Shown: in pieces, positions 49,241-59,664 of the stretch
Position numbering within the stretch: the first letter of the stretch is position 1
How the letters are laid out: every line of letters starts with the position of its first letter
IMG/VR virus record: IMGVR_UViG_3300011115_000708
Span: 1-64,000 of that record
Strand: one strand, 5' to 3'
From: a virus
DNA: 64,000 bases
Notes under the pieces: model-generated
Told to the model about the DNA's origin: nothing
Database searches by the model: none
What the model saw: the letters and a program-made list of their open reading frames with translations, nothing else
Translations under genes and position numbers: made by a program

Positions 49241-50515
49241 TCATTTCCAGAGCAGTGTTCCTTCGTGGATCTGCTGGATGATTCCATCGCTATCGCAATA
49301 GCTCAGAGGGATGTATTTGACGGTGCTTGTGTTGGCTGGCAGAGTTGGCTCAGAAAAAGGCCCACGAACCCCTGTGACGCTACCAGCCGCTAAGTCTAAG
49401 GCGATGAACGTGTAAAGCGAAAGTGGAGAAGCGGCATTGAGCTGTATTACAACTGAGAAGTCTTCACCGCTGTTGAATGTGTCTTTTCCGTAAGTGGTTG
49501 CAATATAGATTCCACTAGGGTCGATCAGCTTCGATTCAGCACGCTGGGCGATTACTGATCCATAGTCAGTTAGCGTTGCAATGCCAGAGTCATTGATGGC
49601 TACGTTGTATGTGCCATCAGTCCATTTTTGAGATGACACCTCGGTCATCTCTGTGGGAAATGACATTACGTCAGAGTAAGCTGAGAGTTCTGTGTAAACT
49701 GAACCACCTTCATAGACGACCTGAACAGTGAAGGGCAAGCCTCCGGTATTAAGTGAGTCTCCATAAGCTGTTGAAGTTCCTGTGAATGTATTTCTCCCAG
49801 ATGGGGTAATGTAAGGAGGAGATGCCCCGCCAGGACATGACAATGTAAAATCCCAAGCAGTCCCCGCCAGCGGAGCTTCTACAATAACCTTCGCCCAAGT
49901 GGGTGATGCAGTCGTCTTCGTGAATGACGCAGTACCAGAACCAGAAACTGATCCAGTATTGATGACTACAGAACCATTGTACTCAACCTTAAAGGTGTCT
50001 GGAATAGGGTTTGCCTCGTAATACAGGGTAACGACGCCAGTGTCTGCCCCTAGGTCTACGATGAACTCTCCACCGCCTACACCACCATTCTGCTGCGAGG
50101 CATTGCACGCTATTCTTCCGTAGATCGGAATTGATCCTGCTGGCGCGGTAAAGATTACGTCGTCTGAGTCTCTAAACTCAACAACTCCAGTAGATGCATT
50201 GATGGTCAAATTGAATGGCACATCGGTTCTTGAGCTTATGTCTTCAGAACTCCATGTTTGATTAGTGAACTGCTTCATCCATCCATATGGGATTGTTGAG
50301 TTGGGAGAGTTCTTGATGAATAGGTTCCTTCCCGACCCACCTGCAAATCGAGGTGCAAAAGTTGTGGCTGTAGTATCAGGGTCTGGCGATGCGGCTTGAA
50401 CATCAGTTTTGCCAACGAAAAAGCTCCCAGTTGTCGCTGATGTGATGTCGATAACACTTCCAGTGTTTACCGTTAAGTCACCTATCGGGTCCCTGTTTAT
50501 CGTGAATTGTGGCAT
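49241..50515 (-). CDS. Minor tail protein
   Basis: 424 aa, T/S/G-rich, in the tail cluster. Confidence 0.6.
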   Translation of the reverse strand: MPQFTINRDPIGDLTVNTGSVIDITSATTGSFFVGKTDVQAASPDPDTTATTFAPRFAGGSGRNLFIKNSPNSTIPYGWMKQFTNQTWSSEDISSRTDVPFNLTINASTGVVEFRDSDDVIFTAPAGSIPIYGRIACNASQQNGGVGGGEFIVDLGADTGVVTLYYEANPIPDTFKVEYNGSVVINTGSVSGSGTASFTKTTASPTWAKVIVEAPLAGTAWDFTLSCPGGASPPYITPSGRNTFTGTSTAYGDSLNTGGLPFTVQVVYEGGSVYTELSAYSDVMSFPTEMTEVSSQKWTDGTYNVAINDSGIATLTDYGSVIAQRAESKLIDPSGIYIATTYGKDTFNSGEDFSVVIQLNAASPLSLYTFIALDLAAGSVTGVRGPFSEPTLPANTSTVKYIPLSYCDSDGIIQQIHEGTLLWK

Positions 50516-50517
50516 GG

Positions 50518-52212
50518 TTAAACGTAGACGATATTGTCCTGTGAGGTTTTTCTGATCTTGTCAACGATCGTTCGGTAGTCGTTTCGAGGAGGACATCCAA
50601 GGTTGATCGTAGTAGATCCTGTCTTAATATCAAGTATCTCGCTCTCAACAAGTGCGCCCATGGATGTGAATGCTGGCAGCGAGTTGCTGATGTTGATTCT
50701 ATTGCCTCGGTATCTTGTGCCGCCAACGTCCTCTTGGACAAGATTGATTGATCCTTCGTACGGCAGCCAACTCTGTGCTGCTTGAAGGAATGCAGCGAGT
50801 CCTGCTGGCGGGAAGATGAAGGAGTAATCTGATGGAGCGTACACGGTCCCGCCAGTTGCTGTAGTTGCCTTAACAGCCATGCTGAATGGCGTTGCTCTTA
50901 TTAACAATGATCGATTTTCTGGGTAAGCACCAGTCCCTTGAAATCCACTTGTATTTATTGACCAACCAATAGTTTTAGAAAAGTAATCATCAGGTATTGA
51001 GATTGATGGTGTTCCATACCCATTATCTCTGTATTGCGCCCAAATTAGCCAACCGCTTAGAGTGGCATCAATAACTGGGGTGGTTATCCATGAGGGAACT
51101 GAGGCAGTTGTTAGGATCTTGTATGTCGAATTGAGTTCTGTACCTTGTGCGTTTTTTAATGAGTTACCAGGTAATGAAAAGGCATTTAATGTTGCGTACC
51201 TTGCCTGACCAAACTCTTGTCTGATGTTCCATAGATTTGCTGCATAATACCCAAATCCAATTGGCATATGCGCAACACCGGCATTGGCTTTTGCAATATC
51301 AAGCATTTGGCTTGATGACCTGTCAACAACGGTGATGTTGGCTGTGTCGTACTTGAAGTTTGGTAGGTAGGTATCAAGCTCAGGCCCAGAGATAGTCAGA
51401 ACCTGCCTTGTTTCTCTAGGCCCAGATCCAGATTCCTGCTTGACGAATTGTGTGAGTCCAGTGCTAGATCTTGTGACGTATGGTAATGACACGTTCGACA
51501 CTTGAAGCTCGATGATGGGATTGATGTCGATCGATGTAATCGGATCGGTTGCAGCATTGAATGTGACGGAGCCAGCACTTGCCGTCCTACGCTCAACGTA
51601 CATTCTGGCTGGGGTTACCGAGTAGTCGAACCAGACCATAGTATCTGGCACAAGTCTCACAAGCTCAGATAGAACCTGCCCGCAGGTTGACTGGTTGAGC
51701 GTGATCCTCGGGAAGGTGGTCATCGTTGCGCAGTTTGATCCAGCACCGGTCGTAGCAACTGGAACTCCGAGTGCTGCACATCGGTCGATCACAGAGTGAA
51801 TGCTTGTCCTTAGATCTTGACCAGTGGACGCAGAGCCAAAGACTGCGCTCAATCGTTCAGCGGTGTTACCCGCGCCGTCCTGTAAGTTCGTTGTGAACCC
51901 AATGCGCTCCATCCACCACCAAGGCCCAGAGACGGTTACCTGGACTTGCTGTGAATCGCTGCTGATCGCGTTACGCACGTTGGTCACAGTGCCGTGGAAG
52001 AACTGTACACCATCACGATACAACGTCATCGACTGCTTCAGTTCTGGGATCGTAGCCGAGGTGATCGCCTCTGGTGAAATCGAGAACGTGAAGGTGTCCT
52101 CGGCAAGAGACTTGAATGCAAGTTGCGCTGAGTCGATCTGAGCAGCCTCAAGAGAACGGACTGTTGCGTCGAACGTCTTCCCTGACTCTCCTTTGATTGT
52201 CCATGCGATCAT
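50518..52212 (-). CDS. Tail tip/hub protein
   Basis: Follows tape measure; LYRDGVQFFHGTVT, VTVSGPWWWME. Confidence 0.6.
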   Translation of the reverse strand: MIAWTIKGESGKTFDATVRSLEAAQIDSAQLAFKSLAEDTFTFSISPEAITSATIPELKQSMTLYRDGVQFFHGTVTNVRNAISSDSQQVQVTVSGPWWWMERIGFTTNLQDGAGNTAERLSAVFGSASTGQDLRTSIHSVIDRCAALGVPVATTGAGSNCATMTTFPRITLNQSTCGQVLSELVRLVPDTMVWFDYSVTPARMYVERRTASAGSVTFNAATDPITSIDINPIIELQVSNVSLPYVTRSSTGLTQFVKQESGSGPRETRQVLTISGPELDTYLPNFKYDTANITVVDRSSSQMLDIAKANAGVAHMPIGFGYYAANLWNIRQEFGQARYATLNAFSLPGNSLKNAQGTELNSTYKILTTASVPSWITTPVIDATLSGWLIWAQYRDNGYGTPSISIPDDYFSKTIGWSINTSGFQGTGAYPENRSLLIRATPFSMAVKATTATGGTVYAPSDYSFIFPPAGLAAFLQAAQSWLPYEGSINLVQEDVGGTRYRGNRINISNSLPAFTSMGALVESEILDIKTGSTTINLGCPPRNDYRTIVDKIRKTSQDNIVYV

Positions 52213-53960
52213 CGTGCTGGTAAAGTATTTGATTTCGTTGCTTGCAAGTTATCGAGCTTGCGATTGAGTGCATCGTAATCAAGTTTCATCTTGGAGAAAT
52301 CAGTAATCATTCTGGTGATTACTTGAGTTTGACCACTATTTGCTTCATTGATTTTAGCAGATAGTGTTGCCAATGATGCAGCAGTTTGAGTTGCTTCGCC
52401 AACTTTGATCTCATGGTCAGCAACTGCTGTTTTGAGTTGCTCCATCGCTTGCTTCTCACCAGTTGTCTCTGGCTTTACACCATCAATCAATTTTGTGATT
52501 GTCTCAGCTTTTGCCTTTCCTTCTTCTTCAATCTTGGTAATGCTTGCAATTACATTATCTTGATTGAAGGTATTAGCGAGAGTTGTGAGTTGCATCGACA
52601 CCTGTTGTGCCGTTGATTCAAAATTGGTCTTTGCGTTTTGGGATTCAACAAGTGCTATGTTTAAATCTTTAGTAAGAGATCCATTGTCACTTACTTGACT
52701 CTGAAGTTCTTTGATTGCTGCTTCAAGAACAGGAATTCTTTGGACGAATTCTGGATTTTTCATTTCCCTTTGAGCATTCTTTGCAGCTTCGCTAGGGAAT
52801 TGTGATCTAATAAGTCCTCCAATGGCACCACCATATGATGCTGCTTTTGCTATTTCAGCTTGAGTAGCTTTTTGCTCAGATATATTTTGAAGAACTGTCA
52901 ACTGGTTCTTTAAATTCTCAAGCTCCTTCTCGCTTTCAGATAGAATCTTTTGTTGTTCTGCGAATGCTTGAGTTTTCTGAGCAAGTGTATCATCTGCTGC
53001 TTTCTTTGTTTTTTCAGCAGCAGATTGCTTTGCTTTTTCTTCAGCAACCTTATTGTTGTACTCTTGCGTTCTTATCGCTTCATTCTCTGCTGCATAGAAA
53101 TCGATGATCTGTTTTGGATCATAGGTCTTACCCATCATCTCCTGCAACTTGATCTGAGCAGCATTTAGCGATTTGGAGTTCTGCAATGCAGCAAGTGAAA
53201 ATTCGCCTTCAGCTTTTGCGATTTCAACGAATTTCTGTCTAAGTGCTTCTGCTATCGATTGAGAGTTAGACAATGCGGAATAACCCATATCGTAATCCTC
53301 ACTCAATGTTTTTGCCGCAAGTGCTGCACCTTCATCAATGGCTTTAGCTAGGAAGTCTGCGCGTTCCTTAGCCTTCTCCATCGAGTCACCAATGCCACTG
53401 AATACCTTGTATGCCACAAGACCAACAGCAACAAGCGCACCAGCGATTGCTCCTTGTGGCCCAAATGCTCCGAGGAACTGCGGAAGTTGTTGACCTAATG
53501 CAGTAAGTGCAGATGTTCCAGCAGATACCTGTGTAGCAAAGTCAGCAACCTGGTAGCCTGCTTGTTGAACCTTGATTGCAGCACCTCTTGCTGATTTAGT
53601 TGAGGATACTGAATCTTCTCTTGCAGCATTCTCTGCTGCTTTACTAGCCTTCTTTTCTTCTGCGGCTTGCAGTCGTTCTACTGCTGCTTGCTCACGCTTG
53701 AGTGCTGCCTCCTTGCGTTGAGATGCCATCTCAGCCTGTTTGGCCTCACGTTCTGTCCTGCGTTGAGCAACTCCTGCTGCACGTTCGGCAGCAGCCTCTG
53801 CGCGTGCTTGACGAGCAGCATCACGTTCGGCCTTTGCTTGTGCCGTTGCCTCAGCCTTAGCTATTGCAGCCTCAGTCTGCTGAATGCTTTTCGTAGCCTT
53901 ATCAGCACCAGACGTGTTTGCCGTGGTGTTGATGTTGATGTCAATTTTCTTGTTCGCCAT
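52209..53960 (-). CDS. Tape measure protein
   Basis: Ala/Lys/Glu coiled coil, QQAGYQVADFATQVSAGTSAL.ALGQQLPQ. Confidence 0.85.
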   Translation of the reverse strand: MANKKIDININTTANTSGADKATKSIQQTEAAIAKAEATAQAKAERDAARQARAEAAAERAAGVAQRRTEREAKQAEMASQRKEAALKREQAAVERLQAAEEKKASKAAENAAREDSVSSTKSARGAAIKVQQAGYQVADFATQVSAGTSALTALGQQLPQFLGAFGPQGAIAGALVAVGLVAYKVFSGIGDSMEKAKERADFLAKAIDEGAALAAKTLSEDYDMGYSALSNSQSIAEALRQKFVEIAKAEGEFSLAALQNSKSLNAAQIKLQEMMGKTYDPKQIIDFYAAENEAIRTQEYNNKVAEEKAKQSAAEKTKKAADDTLAQKTQAFAEQQKILSESEKELENLKNQLTVLQNISEQKATQAEIAKAASYGGAIGGLIRSQFPSEAAKNAQREMKNPEFVQRIPVLEAAIKELQSQVSDNGSLTKDLNIALVESQNAKTNFESTAQQVSMQLTTLANTFNQDNVIASITKIEEEGKAKAETITKLIDGVKPETTGEKQAMEQLKTAVADHEIKVGEATQTAASLATLSAKINEANSGQTQVITRMITDFSKMKLDYDALNRKLDNLQATKSNTLPAR

Positions 53961-53961
53961 C

Positions 53962-54753
53962 TTATGGTGAGGTGAGTCGTCCTTTGACTGAGGTATTCAA
54001 GATCACTGATGTGCCGATCTGGGTAACTGCCACATCGACGCTGGCATCGTAGAAAAGCATATCGTTCATCAATGTCCATTCTGATGCTGCTGTTGTAGAT
54101 GCTGATGTTGGAGCAGCAGTAATTCCAGTGCAAGTCCCATTTGCAATCGCTATATTCAATGTTGAATCATTTGCAGCATATGGACTCTTGCGAGTAAGCA
54201 CAAGATCTGCTCCAGTTCCACTCACATTAAAATATTGCTGGACTGGAGGATATGTTAAAAAAAACAATCTTACAGTTTCCATCCATTGGGATGGTGTTTG
54301 ATTAACAGTAACGGGAATTGAAAAAATAAATGACGCAAAATCAAGACCTGCTCCTGTTAAAGTAACATAAGCATTACCTGCTCCTGTAATAGTACCTAAT
54401 CCAGTTGCAGTCTCGACTTGGCGCGTCCCCATTGTTGTTGGGTATGGTTGGCTGAGTCTCACAGTCAATCCAGACTGATTCGATAATCGAACCGGCATGG
54501 TCTGCACGAAGTAAGAAACCCAGCGTTGATACTGATATGACGATCCATCGATAAGTTGGAACCTCGATGTGAACGAGGCAGATACCATCGTGCCAGGACG
54601 AAAGAACTGACGACCATATGTCCCGCCAATGTACGAGACATCTTGGAAGCTGTAGTTGCTGCTGATGTTGAGACCAGATGTCTCTGCGCCTTGACCTTGA
54701 TCCCATCCGGCAAGGTCAATTATCTTATCTCCTATGAATGCGGCTGCATACAT
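53962..54753 (-). CDS. Tail protein with inserted beta domain
   Basis: Between tail tube and tape measure; AT-rich internal segment. Confidence 0.55.
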   Translation of the reverse strand: MYAAAFIGDKIIDLAGWDQGQGAETSGLNISSNYSFQDVSYIGGTYGRQFFRPGTMVSASFTSRFQLIDGSSYQYQRWVSYFVQTMPVRLSNQSGLTVRLSQPYPTTMGTRQVETATGLGTITGAGNAYVTLTGAGLDFASFIFSIPVTVNQTPSQWMETVRLFFLTYPPVQQYFNVSGTGADLVLTRKSPYAANDSTLNIAIANGTCTGITAAPTSASTTAASEWTLMNDMLFYDASVDVAVTQIGTSVILNTSVKGRLTSP

Positions 54754-54755
54754 TA

Positions 54756-55667
54756 TTAGACTGCTGCAATCGTGAACAATGCGTTCGGAACTCCAGAAGT
54801 GAACGTGCGCTTCGCTGCCATCGTCAACTTGCCAAGGCGATTCTCAGTTGGTGAGAATCTGCGATCGATGCTGATGATTTGCACCGTAGCATCGTAGTTG
54901 AGACCACCAGTTACGCTTGTCGAAACGTCTAGTGTGACCGCTGATAACTCCTCACCGGCATCGAGTGAGTCGAAGTAGGTATCAAAGAACGAAGAACTCA
55001 CACCAATCGGTGTACAACTGATCGTTGATCCGATATTGCCAAGTGCCATCGTGACGGTTCCAATTCCATCGACAACCACTGGAGTCAATGCAAGATCAAA
55101 TGAGATCTCGAATCCATCAGACGAATAGAATGGCGTTCCAGCGGCAAGAGTTGCAGCGTAGGGAGCAGCAATAATCAATGCTGGATCAAATGCTGTTCCA
55201 ATTGAGTTCCCACCAGTACCAACGTAGGTATAGTACGATGTGAGAGCATTTGGGTTAGCCGAATTCTTGACTAGGCCGGTGAACTGAACCGATCCAAGTT
55301 GCGTATTGTTTGCCGTGCAGCGCAGTGTCGGCAGCTTGGTGATCGCGGCGTTGTGGATCGTATAAATTGCATCAACCGAGGTGATTACAAGTGCCTTATC
55401 GCTTGCTCCGTAGATCGATGTGCCAATCGTAGTATTTCCGTATGGGAAGAGAGTTGTGAGTGCTTCGATCTCGCCAACTGGCTCAAACTCGATAACGACC
55501 TGCATATCGGTCTTGGACTTGCCAACCATACCATAAGCATCGACTTCCTTATCGAAGGTCGATTGGTTCATGGTGAGAGTCACTCCACCTTTAGAGTAGA
55601 AGGTTGCAGAATCGTAAACGATCTTGCATGGGCCGCGAACAATGGTAGTGCGATCAAAAGTTGCCAT
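54756..55667 (-). CDS. Major tail tube protein
   Basis: 303 aa, IVRGPCKI...SKGGVTLT; position. Confidence 0.65.
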   Translation of the reverse strand: MATFDRTTIVRGPCKIVYDSATFYSKGGVTLTMNQSTFDKEVDAYGMVGKSKTDMQVVIEFEPVGEIEALTTLFPYGNTTIGTSIYGASDKALVITSVDAIYTIHNAAITKLPTLRCTANNTQLGSVQFTGLVKNSANPNALTSYYTYVGTGGNSIGTAFDPALIIAAPYAATLAAGTPFYSSDGFEISFDLALTPVVVDGIGTVTMALGNIGSTISCTPIGVSSSFFDTYFDSLDAGEELSAVTLDVSTSVTGGLNYDATVQIISIDRRFSPTENRLGKLTMAAKRTFTSGVPNALFTIAAV

Positions 55668-55672
55668 AATAC

Positions 55673-56152
55673 TTATCTAGTTGGGGATGTGTTGCTTAGT
55701 CCGATTGGAATTGTGAATGAGACTGCTTGCTGAAGCATTGAATCATTCGATTGCTGTGAAACTGAGTTGAAGAGCATAACACCACCGGAGAGAGGTTGAT
55801 CATCAGCATCCATCGGTTGAGTGTGATGGATGATGCGGCATACTGCCTCAGCGATCTCGGTTGCGCTAGGAACTTTCGCTGCCTTAGACCTCCAAACTGA
55901 TGGTATTTCAGAGACTGTCACTCTGAACTTCGCATCTGACAAGTATGGGCCAGGCGTGTTCTGACTGTCGGTCTCTGCTGACTCGAAATTGACAAGAACG
56001 AATGCACCGGCAGTCTGCATCGCGTTGAGGATGGATTTCTCGACATCCTTGTGATCCTCGACGAGTACTGGGATCTTTGGTGCTGTTCTAAAGTAGTCGT
56101 GAGTTGCGAGGGTCTCAGCAATGCTCTCGACGATTTGACGTATGATGGTCAT
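55673..56152 (-). CDS. Tail terminator/completion protein
   Basis: Position between adaptor and tube; size. Confidence 0.55.
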   Translation of the reverse strand: MTIIRQIVESIAETLATHDYFRTAPKIPVLVEDHKDVEKSILNAMQTAGAFVLVNFESAETDSQNTPGPYLSDAKFRVTVSEIPSVWRSKAAKVPSATEIAEAVCRIIHHTQPMDADDQPLSGGVMLFNSVSQQSNDSMLQQAVSFTIPIGLSNTSPTR

Positions 56153-56601
56153 GGTGCGCTTGTGAAGTCCATGAGTGCCGCTCCACCGTATCTGAACGGT
56201 GACGAGCTTGAGTAGGCAAATGCGGACGATCCAGCGTCATCTGAATCGGCATCGTTCTTCGATAGGTCGTCCAGATAGTTCTCAGCAGACTCAACCGAGA
56301 TCTTGCGATCTTCACCATTGAACTCAGCGAGTGATGGGAATGCTTCCGAGAGGAGACGACGAGCAAGTGCGTAGCCGTGTCTGTGCGCCCCAGGAGGGAC
56401 GTAGAGACCCGTGTTGGTAACTTGTACCAGTCCACGCTTTCTACGTCCCGCATTGACCCGTGAGACAATCTCTTGGGCGATCTGCCCGAGGATGTCGTTT
56501 AGTTTGGTTTCTGGCGTTGGTGACTCTGCAAGTAATGCTTCAAACTCGTCAGATGCGAGTCTGTCCTTGATGCCATCAATAGTCAGTAGAGTCCAAGCCA
56601 T
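56149..56601 (-). CDS. Head-tail adaptor (Mu gp36/DUF1320-like)
   Basis: MAWTLLT.D.IKDRL...A..YLDDL; position after the capsid genes. Confidence 0.6.
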   Translation of the reverse strand: MAWTLLTIDGIKDRLASDEFEALLAESPTPETKLNDILGQIAQEIVSRVNAGRRKRGLVQVTNTGLYVPPGAHRHGYALARRLLSEAFPSLAEFNGEDRKISVESAENYLDDLSKNDADSDDAGSSAFAYSSSSPFRYGGAALMDFTSAP

Positions 56602-56603
56602 AT

Positions 56604-56653
56604 AAAAGAGTGCCTCGGACTAGGGGAAAAACGACAAAACCCTAATCCGAGGC
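56604..56653 (-). terminator. Terminator after capsid genes
   Basis: GCCTCGGA.TAGGG...CCCTA.TCCGAGGC stem followed by TTTT on the minus strand. Confidence 0.7.
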
Positions 56654-56665
56654 TATATTTGTTCC

Positions 56666-57067
56666 TTAGAACAAGAGTTTAGCTACCATGTTGCCAGCAA
56701 TCGTTCCAGCACTTAGAGTCATCGTTTGCGCGATGCGAACATAGCGTCGAGTGTTTGCAGGAACGCGGAAGCGAATAGTCTTAGCTGCAACTCCGACACC
56801 ACCAGCGGCAGTTTGAGTTGTAGAGATTGCAGGATCTACAGCAGCAAAGGTCACATTATCAGCACTGTCTTCCAGTGCGTAAGTGATAATTTTTGCGTTA
56901 GTAATTCCAGAAGAAGCAGGAGCAGAAAGCTCGAAAACGACTTTCTCTACATCGCCACCAATGACCTGTTCAAGGTCAAAGCCAGCGGTGTTTGCTCCAG
57001 CTTGAGCGATTGCGACCGTACTTGTAAAAGCAGCGTCTTGATTATTGCGATTGAATTCGTATGCCAT
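56666..57067 (-). CDS. Capsid decoration/cement protein
   Basis: 133 aa, follows capsid; LEDSADNVTFA, RRYVRI. Confidence 0.6.
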   Translation of the reverse strand: MAYEFNRNNQDAAFTSTVAIAQAGANTAGFDLEQVIGGDVEKVVFELSAPASSGITNAKIITYALEDSADNVTFAAVDPAISTTQTAAGGVGVAAKTIRFRVPANTRRYVRIAQTMTLSAGTIAGNMVAKLLF

Positions 57068-57086
57068 ATAGGTGTTCTATTTAGAG

Positions 57087-58022
57087 TTAGGCGAATGTCT
57101 CGGTATCGGAGATCGAGTCCGTGACGATGATTGGAATTCCGAACGACTCAGTTGCAAGACCATTGAGAAGACCACCGAAGGACTCTTGCTTGGTGTTGGG
57201 AGTAGTGGAACGACTGATTGACAACTGGAATGCCGAGCGACGACTCATCAAGAAGTGAGTAGGCTTGACACCAACTGGGAACTGACGAAGCAGATCGAGC
57301 AACTTGGCATCGGTGCAGGTTGTTCCAGTAGCAGTACCAAGGTTCTTGATACGACCGACAGCATACTTGTTGGCGCACTGAAGACCAACCCATGCGGTAA
57401 GGTCAGCAATGTAAGCAGCGAAGCGTTTGCCATTTCCATCAGATGCGTCACCTTCGCGGAATGCGCTCAGATCGATGGTCGTGTTCTGACCATAGACGTA
57501 TTGCACACCTTGCGAACCAGCAGCGATTGCGTATACAGACGAGCAAGCACTACCGGAACCTTGTGTTCCATCAACAACAACACTACCAAGAGTGCTGACG
57601 AGTGCTTGAAGACCAGGGAATCCTTTTCCGTCTTGTGACGTTCCGTAGATGGTTTGTTGACCGACTTTGTACAGGGCTTCAGCCATGACACCGCGTGCTT
57701 CAAGTGCTTGATAAGCAACTGCACCGTCGATATAGGCGTTTGCAGCAGCCTTATCACACTCAACGCGAGCGGACAGGAGGAATGCTTCGATCGTGCGTTC
57801 GGTGAACTGCGATTTCACTGCGTCCGTTCCTTCGTTCAAGGCGCGGAAAGCAACCGTAGGACGACCGGTACGAGCGGAGATCTTGTAGGATGTACCAGGA
57901 ATGGTACGAGCAGGGATGATCGTAGTTTCTGGTGCAACGGTGGCGACTTCTTCGATCAAGCCCACTGCCATATCAGCAGAGTTGAGCTTGGCGAGGTCTA
58001 ATAGGGTAAGGTTATTAGCCAT
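57087..58022 (-). CDS. Major capsid protein (module B)
   Basis: LTLLDLAK, GLIEEV, FRALNEG, KGFPGL, FGIPIIVTDSI. Confidence 0.85.
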   Translation of the reverse strand: MANNLTLLDLAKLNSADMAVGLIEEVATVAPETTIIPARTIPGTSYKISARTGRPTVAFRALNEGTDAVKSQFTERTIEAFLLSARVECDKAAANAYIDGAVAYQALEARGVMAEALYKVGQQTIYGTSQDGKGFPGLQALVSTLGSVVVDGTQGSGSACSSVYAIAAGSQGVQYVYGQNTTIDLSAFREGDASDGNGKRFAAYIADLTAWVGLQCANKYAVGRIKNLGTATGTTCTDAKLLDLLRQFPVGVKPTHFLMSRRSAFQLSISRSTTPNTKQESFGGLLNGLATESFGIPIIVTDSISDTETFA

Positions 58023-58034
58023 TGGTGTTGTGTA

Positions 58035-59000
58035 TTAGGATTGAGATTGTGCGCGGATCGCTGCTTCAACGCGAGCGAGACCGGTGAGTTGTGGTGCATC
58101 CTCGGTACGACCAGCGAGGATCGTGTTGCCCGAGAGAGCATCTTTGCCTGGAAGTGAAGCAAGCACTTTGATTGCCTTCTCGTCAGCAAGGATCGAGTTA
58201 AGCCAGAATGACTTGGCATCTTCGTCTTGTGGAGCGATGCGACCAGCAAGAATAGCTTCTTCGATCGCGTGTTCAGCAGATGCTGATGCTTTCGACGAGA
58301 GTTGCTTCTTGAGAGCAGCGTTCTCTTCTTCGAGTGCCATGAACTTGTCCTTCAAGGTGGTGTAGTCATTGCTTGCAGCAACTGATGCTGCCTCGACGGT
58401 TTCGGCATTGAGAGCAACTTCGCGGAGATTGGCGAGTGCTGCTTTCGCGGTTTCCAAGGCAGTTTCTGGCGATTCACTCGCTTCGACAAGCCCCAGTTCG
58501 ACTAGGTGGTTGATATCCATAATTAGTTCTGTGTGTGATGCGGCGATGCGCGGGATTTCTTCAAACGCTGGATCATTGACCAACGAGCCAATCTCACCGC
58601 GAGGTGGGAGACCAGATGGAACACCAGTATCTGAAAGCAGAAAAGTCGGGGAGAAGTACGAGTAGTCTTTGCCTTCGATCGCCTTGCGACCGGCTTCCGT
58701 CCATTCGACATCGAGGACAAGACCTACCCCAGACTCGTAGCGAAATTCTTTAGGAATGAATGAAGCTGGGCCTTGCTTGTGATCGAATCCGGCGAATGGA
58801 CGGACATTGGATTCAAACCTCTTGCCAAGATCTTCAGCGAAGGATGCAGCGATGCGCTCATCGATCTGAACGTCAACACGCTTAGGCTTGCCTCCAACAG
58901 TAGCGGAGATTGAGTGATGACCTTCTGGAAGATATACGATAGTTCCTTCTGACGTGGAAATGTCAGATTGGAATGCTGCTTGCGTAATTGATCCACTCAT
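58035..59000 (-). CDS. Mu-like I protease/scaffold
   Basis: GFDH, VEWTEAG..AIEGKDYSYFSPTF, SLVNDPAF; likely start ATG 59000. Confidence 0.85.
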   Translation of the reverse strand: MSGSITQAAFQSDISTSEGTIVYLPEGHHSISATVGGKPKRVDVQIDERIAASFAEDLGKRFESNVRPFAGFDHKQGPASFIPKEFRYESGVGLVLDVEWTEAGRKAIEGKDYSYFSPTFLLSDTGVPSGLPPRGEIGSLVNDPAFEEIPRIAASHTELIMDINHLVELGLVEASESPETALETAKAALANLREVALNAETVEAASVAASNDYTTLKDKFMALEEENAALKKQLSSKASASAEHAIEEAILAGRIAPQDEDAKSFWLNSILADEKAIKVLASLPGKDALSGNTILAGRTEDAPQLTGLARVEAAIRAQSQS

Positions 59001-59043
59001 CGGGTCTTCATTACCACATAACTTGGAAAAACCCAAATGGAAC

Positions 59044-59664
59044 TTACTGAAGATTGGAGAGGATGTGATCAACTGCTGAATCGATGAAGATATTGACATA
59101 GGTTTCTTCTGGTGGGAGTGCTGTGGGCCAAGGCTTTTGATTGACTGACTTCCTTAGCGAGTAGATCGGTGTGATTCCACCTTGCTCATCCTTGCGAGCA
59201 AGAACTCCCTTGGCAGCGAATAGTGGTGCGATCGATCGTGAGTAGTCTTTTGCGAGTACTCCATGAGCAGTTGGATGGATTGGGATCGTGAGGAACTTCT
59301 TGCGCTTTGCAGTGATCACTCCACCAGTCACTTTGTGAGCAAATCCAGTAGTGCTATTCGATATTGTTGCTGTTTGGCTAGTGACTCTTCCTACGTTCCA
59401 TCCAGACTCAACTAGCTTCCACCAGTCTGTCAGCTTGCGTCCTGGTCCATGAGTCGGCAACGATGTGTTGAGCCATGTGGCTCTACCTGCCGTCGTGTAG
59501 TATCCCTTGATCGCGATCAATGCGGACTGCGCTCCAACCTTTAGTGCCTCTTGGCGAACAGTAGGAGACATCGCTTGAATGAGATCTGTCTTGATCTCGT
59601 CAAGTCCAGAGACGTTGATGTTGATACCAACGAACCCTTTACCGATTGTCGAGCTTGTCTGCAT
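59044..59664 (-). CDS. Virion morphogenesis protein (Mu gpG-like)
   Basis: GGVITAKRKKFLTIP, LRKSV; position. Confidence 0.6.
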   Translation of the reverse strand: MQTSSTIGKGFVGININVSGLDEIKTDLIQAMSPTVRQEALKVGAQSALIAIKGYYTTAGRATWLNTSLPTHGPGRKLTDWWKLVESGWNVGRVTSQTATISNSTTGFAHKVTGGVITAKRKKFLTIPIHPTAHGVLAKDYSRSIAPLFAAKGVLARKDEQGGITPIYSLRKSVNQKPWPTALPPEETYVNIFIDSAVDHILSNLQ

